Shown here: positions 1 to 9,958 of the stretch, piece by piece
Layout: every line of letters begins with the position of its first letter
Numbering within the stretch: position 1 is the stretch's first letter
Assembly: GCF_009914755.1 (NCBI RefSeq)
Contig: NC_060940.1
Length of the DNA stretch: 64,000 bases
From: the human T2T-CHM13v2.0 reference genome, Homo sapiens
Strand: one strand, 5' to 3'
Notes under the pieces: model-generated
Told to the model about the DNA's origin: nothing
Seen by the model: only the letters and a program-made list of their open reading frames with translations
Database searches by the model: none
Program-made: the position numbers and the translations under genes

Positions 1-529
1 ATTCTTCCAGGCCTCGCTGTGATCATGTGGGTTTGGTTAACGGCTGGCGGCTGAGGACCCTGAGATGCTCTGAACTCTTCTGTATGATCCCATCTCACCT
101 CACAGAGGCCTGCAAGCCTCACGCCCTTACCAGTACCATTTACCCCATGAGGAAACTGATGTATGCCAGGTTATGAAGCGTTTTCGAGCTAGGGAGAGCT
201 TAACTTATGCACACATTCTCTCTAGTTCTCAAGTCAAAAAGGTGCTAGAACCCAGGTCAGCCCATTCCAAAGCCCATGGCCTCCCGCACAATTCCAGGGG
301 TAGATATTAAAGTTCTGTTTTAGAACTCCCAGAGCGCCTATAAACTATATTCCACTAGAAAGCCATAAAGAAACACTTTGGAAGCCACCACTTCCTATTA
401 CGGGTGGCCTGTCCTCAAGGATTTGCTGAAATTAAGGATCTGGGAGGAGGCTGCACAGATTCCACGGATGTGCCTCCTTGAGTCACTGGCACACAACTTC
501 TCCCTTGCTGCCTCCTGCCTATTGTATAC

Positions 530-1512
530 CTTGCCAGCATCCCTTGCAGCTAGATGTGACCATGTGACCCATGGGATACAAACAGAGTCTGTTGGGACAC
601 TTCCGGGAAACCTTTTGTTTTCTTAATCAAAAGGCACAGCGCTAGTAACCTTCTCCTCTCTTCCCTCTGTGAATACAGATCTGATGTCTGGAGATCTAGC
701 AGCCATGTTGAGACCATGACAGAACAGACAATAGCAATGTGGTAGACATCATATTAGCCCCCCAAGAGATGTCCACATCCTAAACTCCAGAACCAGGACA
801 CTGGAGTTGCAGATGGAAGTAGGTTGCTAGTCAGCTGACCTTAAAATAAAGAGATAGTCCTGGATTATCTGAGTGAGTCTAGTGTAAGCACAGGCTCCAT
901 AAAAGTGGAAAATAGAGGTGGAAGAGGAAGTCATAGAAGAAACGGATGCAGAGGGTGGAGGGATAGATGGGACCCTGCTGTCTTTGAAGACGAAGGAATG
1001 GGCCATGAGCCAAAGAATGAGGCAGCCTCTGGAAGCTGGAGAAGGCAAGGACTCGGCATGACATTCAAGGAAACATTTTCCCAGGAAACACACTCAGGGA
1101 CCCCTGATCTTACTGTCCCTTCCTTTGCCAGAAAAGGTTCCAGAGACATCCCAAATTCATCTTCAGACCCTGGCATCATCAGAGGGGTCTCCCCAGAAGG
1201 AACCAGCCCTTCCTACACCTTGATTTTAGCCCGGTGAGACCAGCATTGAACTTCTACACTACAGAGCCCTAAGATGATAAAAGCATGTGTGTTTTAAGCC
1301 ACTGAGTTGATGGGCATTTGTTACAGCAGCCACGGGACACCACTACAAGCAGGAAGAAGGTGCCATCTCTGCCGCTGGTGAATAGCTGAGTAGATACCCG
1401 AGGCTGCCTTCCTCTGACATCCTTACTGCATGATAAGGACAAGCCTGCCCTTGTTTAAGCCATCTTAAGTTGGGTTATTGTGATTTGAAGCCCAGTGCAT
1501 TCCTACTTGGCA
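530..1512 (+). mobile_element. Old ERVL LTR (LTR33/LTR16-like), interrupted by an MLT1 LTR
   Basis: CCCTTGCAGCTAGATGTGACCATGTGAC and GCAGCCATGTTG at 540-715; LTR-type 3' end (TTGTTTAAGCCA...GTTGGGTTATTGTGATTTGAAGCC) at 1450-1512. Family from recall. Confidence 0.55.
738..1347 (+). mobile_element. MaLR solo LTR, MLT1D-like
   Basis: TG...CA ends; GATGTCCACATCCTAA, TCAGCTGACCTTAAAATA, GCAGCCTCTGGAAGCTGGA, TTTTAAGCCACT, TTTGTTACAGCAGC; 5-bp TSD AGCAA (733-737)/AGCAG (1348-1352). Confidence 0.85.
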
Positions 1513-2993
1513 TCTGTGTCACCTGACGGGGACTTTACTTCAAAGTTCTTTTTTGAAGAATTTTTTTTTTATGGGAGAGAAACCACATTAGCAGCTAAAT
1601 GAGTTGAACCCCCTAGGATGGTGCTGAGGTGTGAAGATGAATTTTGGAACCTTTTCTGGCAGAGAAAGGGAAAATAAGATCAGGGTTTCCTAAGAAAATA
1701 TTTTCCTTCCATATAATGCCCTAACGGCCTTCAACATTCTAAGAAGAAAAATGGATTGTTAATTCAATGTTTACTGAATCATAAAGTAGACCTAAGACCA
1801 AAAAAAAAAAAATAGAAAAAGCTAATTGCAATAAACAAGAGAGTGGGTTTGTGTAGGCATCAGGGCTGCTCTATGGCAGATCAGGTGTCCGGGATAACAG
1901 GTGTGTTCATAGTCTGCCATGTCCTAGACTGGGTGAAATTGTTCTCCAGTTGAAATGGTTACATAGGATAAGTGTCCCTGGGCTCTGCCTTCACAGCAGG
2001 CCCTTTATCTTCAATATGACTTCATCAGTGCACAGTCCATTTTCAGGAACGTGACTTTACTGTGTTGTTATTTCTAAGCTGATTCCTGCCGACCAATTTT
2101 ATTCCTTACTTTACAACGGAGTTTCCAGGAATGGGTTCTAGTGAGGTGTTGGGACTGCCTTTGCGCATTCATGGATGGATAAGTTAATCAAGGAGTTAGG
2201 AAGGCAAGGTCATTTGTCATGGGCCCACCTCCTACCTGTCAGACAGGACTTGGCCTCAGAAGCTCTGTGGGCATTTCATCCTGCTGCTCAGTGTGCTCTG
2301 ATGCCCAGCTCTGCAGAAGAGAGAAGAAGGGCCAGCCTGGAGCCTGGCAAGTGAGCAGTACTTAGTAACTACTCATTGTGCTCAGTAACTACTCATCATT
2401 GCAATGCTTTTCTCTCTCATGCTCACAGCACCCCTATGAGGGAGATCTGGGGAATTTTCCCCTACTGCAGACCGGGAATCCAAGGCTGAGAGGTTACAGG
2501 ACTCAGACTGAGAAAGGGGCGCATTGTCCCACTGCCTTGTTGGTGCCTCCTGACAGGGAGGCATGAGGGCTGTGGCCGCCACGGCAGATACTGGCCTTGG
2601 CATCCACAGCCCTCATGCTGTCTCTGCAGGCCGGGCGCCATGTGACCACACTCCTCTCTCAGACCCCACAAGAGCCCCGTGGGGGGCCGTGTGCTGCCCA
2701 CTCTCATGATGAGGAAGCCACGACCTGAGAGAAACTTAGCTTCTTGCCCCCGATGCTGCGATGCTTGGGGATGGGTGTAAACACAGGCGGCTGCCGGCAC
2801 ATCTGGGCTCTCCTTGTGACCTGTCAGGCCCGCCCGCTGCAATAGAGCCTCCTCTGTCCCCTCGGGGCTTAGAGAGGTGAGGCAAACGCTTTCAGCCAGA
2901 GGCAGTGAGAAGGGTTCCCTCCACGGCCAGCAGTCTGAGCTCAGATAACTGACTTGCAAAAAATCCCTGACCAACCGGGAGCCTGAGAGGTGT

Positions 2994-3010
2994 GGGCCGG
3001 GTAGGGCGGG
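2994..3010 (+). other. Canonical short-loop G-quadruplex motif
   Basis: GGG CC GGG TA GGG C GGG read directly. Confidence 0.7.
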
Positions 3011-3785
3011 AGGAGGGGGAGGAAGCCCTGGGTACCCCAGGGCGCAACATGGCAGGGCCACACTGGAGGATGAGATCAGGCCTCCCAGGCCTCCCAGGCC
3101 CCCACCTGCGATGACTCCCCCGCATCGCCCATCGCGGCTGGGATTCTGGAGCCATGGGCAGGGGTTCTGTGGTCTGAGTCTCTCTGCCTGTGTGACTCTG
3201 GGAAAATCACCAGACCTTCCTGAGCCTGGATTTCCTTCCGTGTGGAAAGATAATCATCAACGACCCGCGCCTATTTCAAGGAGACTCTTGGCCCAAAAAT
3301 CCCGATTCCTCTAATTCCTCCTGATTTTTCTAAGTCGTGAACACATTAATTTATTGTCTTTCTAATGAGGCAGTGAGTGAAATATTCCGAATATTAAACA
3401 AGAAATACCTTTTCGGAAGGGTTTTTGTGAAGCCCTTTAATGGAGGGAGCATGGAGCCACCGTCAGACCTGATCTTCACGGATTTCGGGGCCCTCTGCTG
3501 GTTGCCTACACATCCACCCCCTCCCTAAACCTTCCTCGTTGACACGATTCTCGTTTCATTTGGCTTCAAAATGAGTTCCAACAACAACAAAATGCAATTT
3601 CCCAGACTCCTTTGCAGCGGAGAGTGGTCACATGACCCCATTCAGCCCAATGAGACGGGAGCCAGCGGGCCCAGAGAGGGCGTCCCTTCCAGGGACACTG
3701 CATTTCGGATTTGTGCTTTATCCTCCTCCTAGACGGGCTGAGAGTCCACAGGTGCGGCATTCACCTTGTCTCCTGAGGCCACAGG

Positions 3786-3920
3786 CATGGCGGCCAGGAG
3801 AGGAGGAGGGGGCTTCCCGCCCCGCATGGCCGCAGGCCGTCTCCATGGCAACAACCTCCCAGGCCCAGGGGTTCCGCAGCCTCCGCCAATCTGAGATGAT
3901 TGACAGCAATGCCATCCAAT
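3786..3920. promoter_or_regulatory. Promoter/enhancer-like motif cluster (YY1, GC box, RFX X-box, CCAAT x2, PBX-MEIS/PREP decamer)
   Basis: CATGGCGGCC 3786-3795; CCCGCCCC 3816-3823; GTCTCCATGGCAAC 3839-3852; CCAAT 3886-3890 and 3916-3920; TGATTGACAG 3897-3906; locally CpG-rich. Confidence 0.6.
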
Positions 3921-4394
3921 TACAACATTTCCTCTCTCCTTGGGGACACCGAAAAGCAGACCACCCGGGCATACTAAGGTCAAGATGTCGTTGATCGGTT
4001 TCTTTGTTTTATTGTATTACTTGTTTTATTTACCTATTTACTTTCTTGGTAAAACCAGCCTGCCGGCTTGCTCAGGACATGAACTATGACGTCCCTGGAG
4101 ATGGTCTCTTGGGAGAGGAGCCCCCCAGGCCAGCGAATCCCGCTCACCTGGGGATTAACGAGCAGGCCCGGCCATTTCCCAGGGCCACCGGTGCTCCCTG
4201 ATCTCAGTGTCTCCGTCTGTAAAATGGGTATAACCAGAGCCAGCCTGTGTGGCCCTGGGGAAAGCGGCACTGAGGGCAGACCAGGTGTCCAGCAGGGTCC
4301 TGCCCCGACTCCCACGCCCCCGTCGCCGGCCCCCTCGCCGCGGTCTTGCACCCTCCACTCCCCGTGCCTGCAAAGCCTCTGCCCCGTCCCTACA

Positions 4395-4680
4395 CCAGGC
4401 TAAGCCTTTGCACCTCAGCTCAGAGGCCCCGTCTCCAAAGCCTTCCCTGAAACTTCCTCCTTGAGACACCCACCATCCCCACCAAGCCTGCCACACCCAG
4501 GCCTGCTATCGCCCGTGCGGTGTCGTCCTTCTGATAAGCTGTGGAGGGGTAAGGGTCGCCCTGGTCTCTTGTTCATAGCCTTAAACCTAGAGCCACTCAA
4601 GTGCCGGGCACATAGCAGGTGCTCAATAAATACTCCTTGCTGATTGAACGGCAACCAGCTGCAAGAGTGAATGCATGGAT
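4395..4680 (+). mobile_element. L2 3' end fragment
   Basis: GGGCACATAGCAGGTGCTCAATAAATA followed by a degenerate TGAA tail; AAGCCTTCCCTGA upstream. Confidence 0.75.
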
Positions 4681-5679
4681 GCCGCTCGTGGGCCTGGGTT
4701 TGGAGATCTTAGAAACAAAGCTTCCTTTTGCCACACTCACTCATGCCTTCTTCTACCACAATGTCACACCCTTACATCTTGTATCCGTAGGGAAATGTGG
4801 CCAGGGGCGTTTTACCAAGTTGGTCTGGGATGACGTGAGTTAACCCTCACACTCCACAGTCAGAGAGATGGGTAACCCAGGTGACCCAGCGCTAAGTGAC
4901 AAATATGCTCTCGGATAGAACAGCCCAGAAAGGGCAAGAGGGAGAGTTGGAACACTCAGATAATTACCCTTCAGCGACGCAGTGCACTTAAGTGGTGAAA
5001 GGAGATTCACTGGTTGGAAAAACACTCCAGGGCGAAGGGCCAGCGTGTGCAAAAGCACCGAAGCATGACCGAGCGCGGGCATTCCCGCCAGCCACCAGTG
5101 GGCCACGCATCCCAACACGTGAGTGCCGCAAGGATACAAGTGCCTAATGTGAACCTCCAAGTGGACGATCATTCAGTACTGACTTTGGGCCTGGCCCCCT
5201 TTCCTCATGCAAGCCTTCCAGGCAGGAACTAAGAGTGAGCCATCCTCTACAGAAGAGAAAAGCAAGACACAGCAAGCTGAGAAACTTACCAGGGTCACCC
5301 AGTTGGTTGGAGTCAGAGATGTGTTACGGGCAGCAGCTCCTCTGCCCGCTTACGTCTGGGCTTTGGGGGCTGGCCCAGAGATAGTCATAATGCAGCCCTT
5401 TATTCAGCACTTGCTATGGGCCAAGTCCTTCATTCACAAGCTCAAGTCTTCCCAACCCAGAAAGAAAGATGGTTAGTTCCATTTCATGTAGGAGGAAACT
5501 GTCGAGGCTCAGAAAATTTAAGGAATTTACCGGTCATCAGTAAACGAGAGTAAAGGCCTGTGTGAACCCAAATCTGCCCTCCTCTGAAACTCTCGCTGCA
5601 GACATCGCACCCCACTGTTTTTCAATTTCATCTTCTTATTTATTCACTCAACCAATATTTATTTACCAAAGCACTATGA

Positions 5680-5872
5680 GGCCCAGTTAAGAATGTGTGG
5701 TCCTCGATCTGACAGCCTGGATTCAAATCCCTGTTGCCCCACAACTCTCCACACTAGCTGTGTGGCCTTGCAAATTTCACTCAACCTCTCAGGGACTCAG
5801 TTTCCTTGATTGTCAAATGGGAGTAATGACATTTCCTACCTCATTGACTTGTTGGGAGGTAGCATTGAGTTA
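5680..5872 (+). mobile_element. MIR SINE
   Basis: CCTGGATTCAAATCCC, ACTAGCTGTGTGGCCTTG, CTCAGTTTCCTTGATTGTCAAATGGG core. Confidence 0.8.
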
Positions 5873-6975
5873 TCCCATGCCGCACCCGCTCCCTTGTAAA
5901 CTCTGGATAATTACCGAGCTTTCTTATAAGTGCAGCTCATGGATCACTCAAGGCACTGGGAATATAGCAATCACAACAAAGATTCTAGTCATGGGAGATG
6001 GTCACCTAACAAATTAAAAACTAAGGCATTTGTTAAAGGACTGAATGACCAAGATTAGCGTTCCAAGGAAAAGTATGGCGCTCTGGAGTGGTCAGGAGAG
6101 CCTCTGTCACTGAGTAGCAGTGTGGCCCTGTCCAAGCTCCTGGCCTGGCTAGGCCTCATGCCCATGTCTGCATGGCAAGTGCCTGGAACCGGATGGCCAT
6201 GGCAGCTTTTGCTCTGTGAAAGCCCAACTGCTCCCCTGGACTGCTCCCATGTTTTCTGTCTCCACCGAGCAAGCCTCTTTCAAAGCCCTAGAGAGAGACC
6301 TGGGTCCCCAGCACCCTCTCCTGGAGGAGATCTGGACTGAAATGTTTGGGACGCCTCCCATTCAAATGCTCAAGTCTCCAAACCGCTCGGGAGGCGTTGC
6401 ACAAGAGACAGGCAGGGGTTTCAGTTTCTGGCACTTGTTTGCTCAAAGGATCTCAGCCTTCTTCTTCCTGACATGCAGCTTAAACATGTGAGCTGACCCT
6501 TAAATGAAACCCCCACAGTTTTCCATCTCCTTCCAAGAGAATTTCACGGGGTGCAGGGAGAATGGGGAGGACGTGAAACGTGGTGTATCCTGCAGGATTC
6601 ACTCCCCCACTGACGGGACTAAAGGGTGAGCGTTAAACACCGGATGCCAAGTGTGTCTGCTGGTTTGTTTGGGTGTGTTTTTCTCTTCTCTTTTGCCTCT
6701 TAACTAAAACAACACCCAAAAGCACTCTGATTGCATTCAGCTGTTAAGAGGGAAGTAACTACATCTCCCCACCTTCGTTTGCAGAGATCAAAATAACGTT
6801 CTCAAAAAACGAAAAGTGGGAAGTTTACAAACACAGGACCCAGAATCTGAAAGAGTTCACCATTACTCCAAGTCAGTGATAGGTGCAGATGGACGCACTT
6901 GCTGGCAATGCAAACCTCTGAGGTGTTTCTGTAAACCCACATGCAAAGACCGTGCCTGATCCACTTTCTACCCTT

Positions 6976-7018
6976 ACACACACACACACACACGCACGCA
7001 CACACACACACACACACA
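6976..7018. repeat. (CA)n microsatellite with CGCA interruptions
   Basis: Read directly. Confidence 0.95.
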
Positions 7019-9001
7019 AGTCAGACGGAGCAATAATCTCTGCATCAGCTGAAGTCTTGTCAGCTTAGTTGTCAAATTAAAACATAAAAATATTTTAGGC
7101 TGAAATTGGTCAAACAGGCATGTTGAGTTCAGTTTTTAAATCTTGCCCCAAATCAGTTTACTCTGACATATGAAGTCTAAATATGCCTTTCCTTCCTTGC
7201 TAGTTTCTGAAGCCTGAAATATTTTCAACTAAATGAGAAAATCTTTGCTGTTGAATGGCCTATTAGAGCTGTCACAAATGTGATTTCTGGAAATAAACAA
7301 GATTATAAGAAGGCTGGCTGGCGCAGAAACGTAAGTCAACACTAATAGGTGGTGTAATTAAATTATCCCTTAAGCCAAGATGCCAAATGACACAATTTTT
7401 TGGTGTTAATTCTAGTATGATCACCTCCGTGCAACTGTACAAATCTGAATGACTCTCTCACCAGAGGCACTAATTCTATTTTCTTCAGTTCATACCTATC
7501 GAATAGCTCTCTCTGTTCTGCTAAGGAAGCAAAGTAAAGTACTTGGGACATAGAAGTTCATATTTTCTCCATATCATTTTACAAAGGTTCACTGATGCAA
7601 ACGTGGTTCAATAAACAATGTTTATTTTTTATGGGTTAGTATCTTGCTCAAGAAAATTAGAACTAAGTTTCAGGAAGATTTATTTACATTTTGACTATTG
7701 TTCACTGGCCACTGCCACTCAATACTTAAATGACTTTCTCCCCAAAGGGCAAAATCTTTAAAGCAGAACAGAATGTATTTAAACAGCTGGTTTTTTGCAC
7801 AATCATTTTATTAATACATAGGCTCGAGTTATGAATAGTGAGTGACTTGCACAATTTTTAAATTCATACAACTATAAAACTAACATGTCATTCAATTAAA
7901 TTTTTAAAGAACTGTACAAGATTAATTACTACCAGGCTTGATGAAGTCATTGTCCTAAGCTACATTTACATATTTCTAAGTCTTTAAGTAGTATTTCAAA
8001 CTGGAGGCAAATGAATACTGCTTCATTTTTTTTTTCCAGAATAAAGGATAACATCATTCTTAGGAAAAGGAATAAATCTTTTTGTTGCTGTTGTTGAATG
8101 CCAGTTTGTTTACAATACTTGTCAACATGCACACTACTTCTTTTTAAATTAAAAAAAGATATCGCAAATCATTACTTAAAACATAGTAAGAAATCACGTC
8201 ATCCCATGAAGAGTCTAAACATTGAAATTATTCAAAATTGTTTTAAAATTATTTTAATTTTAATATCAAATATGTTGAAGAGTGATAAGCACCATCCTTA
8301 GTTGAGATTCTCTGTAGCAAGAGATGGGGATAGAAAAATGTTTGTTTTTAAAATAAACTAGAAACTTTTCTGAGTGGGGAAGAGGAGAAGATTACCCTGG
8401 AATCACTCAAGGGAGGTGGAGGTTTAACGCGTCTAAGAAGCTGGTTTACCATTTTAGCAGGTGCCGATGTAGTGAAATACAATGTCCAGGGTGCGTATTC
8501 ACGCCACCACTGCATGAAAAGGAAAACGCTTTTTTGAGAAGGCGAGACTACCATTATCTATACCTGCCTGGTTTCATTTGACCATTTTTACGCACATAAC
8601 ATTTCATATAACATAAAATGTACGTTCTTCATGATTACTCTAGGAGAAAGGTGAGGATCTTTTATTTTTTTAAATATGGGCAACTGATAAAATATTGAAA
8701 TAGCTACTACGTTATTCCATTTTTATCTCAAACATTTCCAGGAAGTATTTCTTTAAACTCTAGCTGGGCACTATCTCAGACTGTTTGAGGAGGGTGAGCT
8801 ATTTGTTAATTAACATTTGGCTTAAATACTATAAATGCTCTTTGATAGATTAGCACATTTCAGGAGAGGCCTCAAAAAGTTTTTCTTCTTGGGTTTAGAG
8901 CCCGATGGATACACCCTGGGAGAGGCGACGGGGTGGCCCCTGTGACTTCGGGCTGCGACGCGGTGTCGTCCCCACCCCCACCCCCCTCACTCTAGAAGTC
9001 A

Positions 9002-9020
9002 CAGCGCCATCTACTGGACA
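9002..9020 (-). promoter_or_regulatory. CTCF binding motif
   Basis: Minus strand TGTCCAGTAGATGGCGCTG fits the core CCASYAGRKGGCRS at every position; lies in a small CpG-rich patch (8900-9050). Confidence 0.8.
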
Positions 9021-9193
9021 GCGGACAAACCTCCCCACCCAGGGACGGGCTTCTCTGTTTAAGGCCATCCAAACTAGAAAGCTTAAAAATGCGTTTAAGA
9101 GGTAGAATACCATAGTTTACGGAACAGAAGAACAAGAACAAAACTCTCTAATCAAAATCACAGGGACCTGGAAATATTGGTCTATAGCAATTT

Positions 9194-9575
9194 GGTTTTT
9201 GGGGGTTTTGTTGTTGTTGTTGTTGTTTCGGGGGCGGGGAGGGAGTTGGTTTTGGTTTTTTGGTTGGTTTTTGTTTTTGTTTTTGTTTTTGTTTTGAGAC
9301 GGTCTCACTCTGTCATTCAGGCTGGAGTGCAGTAGTGCGATCTCCACTCGATGCAGTCTGGACCTTCTGGGCTCAAGCGACCCTCCTGCCTCAGCCTCCC
9401 GAGCAGCTGGGAACACAGGCGCACACCACCACGCCCGGCTAATTTTTAAATTTTTTGTAGAGACAGGGCATTGCTATGTTTCCCAGGCTGGTCTCAAACT
9501 CCTGAGCTCAAGCGATCCTCCCGCCTCGGCCTCTCAAAGTGCTGGGATTACAGGCAGGAGCCACCACGCCTGGCC
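9194..9575 (-). mobile_element. AluJ-type SINE with ~100 bp degenerate tail
   Basis: Full dimer; J-type GGGCTCAAGCGA in right arm; TSD TATAGCAATTT at 9183-9193 and 9576-9586. Confidence 0.92.
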
Positions 9576-9799
9576 TATAGCAATTTTGAAAACTGGCTCA
9601 AGCCCATTCCTCTATCCCCTGACATAACCCCCCAAAGAGAAGACTTTTTAAAAAGGTAAGAAAACTGTTTTTTTTTTCATTTTTAAGAGTTTTATATTAG
9701 CTATAAATTTCTGGAGTAAAGATTTGGTTCCACCTAGTCAGCTCCCACATTTTTCTCCCCATCATCCTTGGGGCTAAGGTGTAGGAGAGCTGGGTAGAG

Positions 9800-9958
9800 A
9801 CACACACACTCACACACACGCGCACACACACGCGCACACAGACACACACGTGCGCACACACACGCACCCAGACACACGCGCGCGCACATACACGCACACA
9901 CATGCACCCAGACACGCACACACGCGCACACAGACACGCACACGCATGCACACACACA
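9800..9958. repeat. Compound (CA)/(CG) alternating purine-pyrimidine microsatellite
   Basis: ~160 bp of CACA/CGCG/CACG units. Confidence 0.95.

Noticed and set aside
2462-3061. 199-aa minus-strand ORF
   Set aside because: Non-ATG start, Pro/Gly/Leu-rich chance frame in GC-rich DNA.
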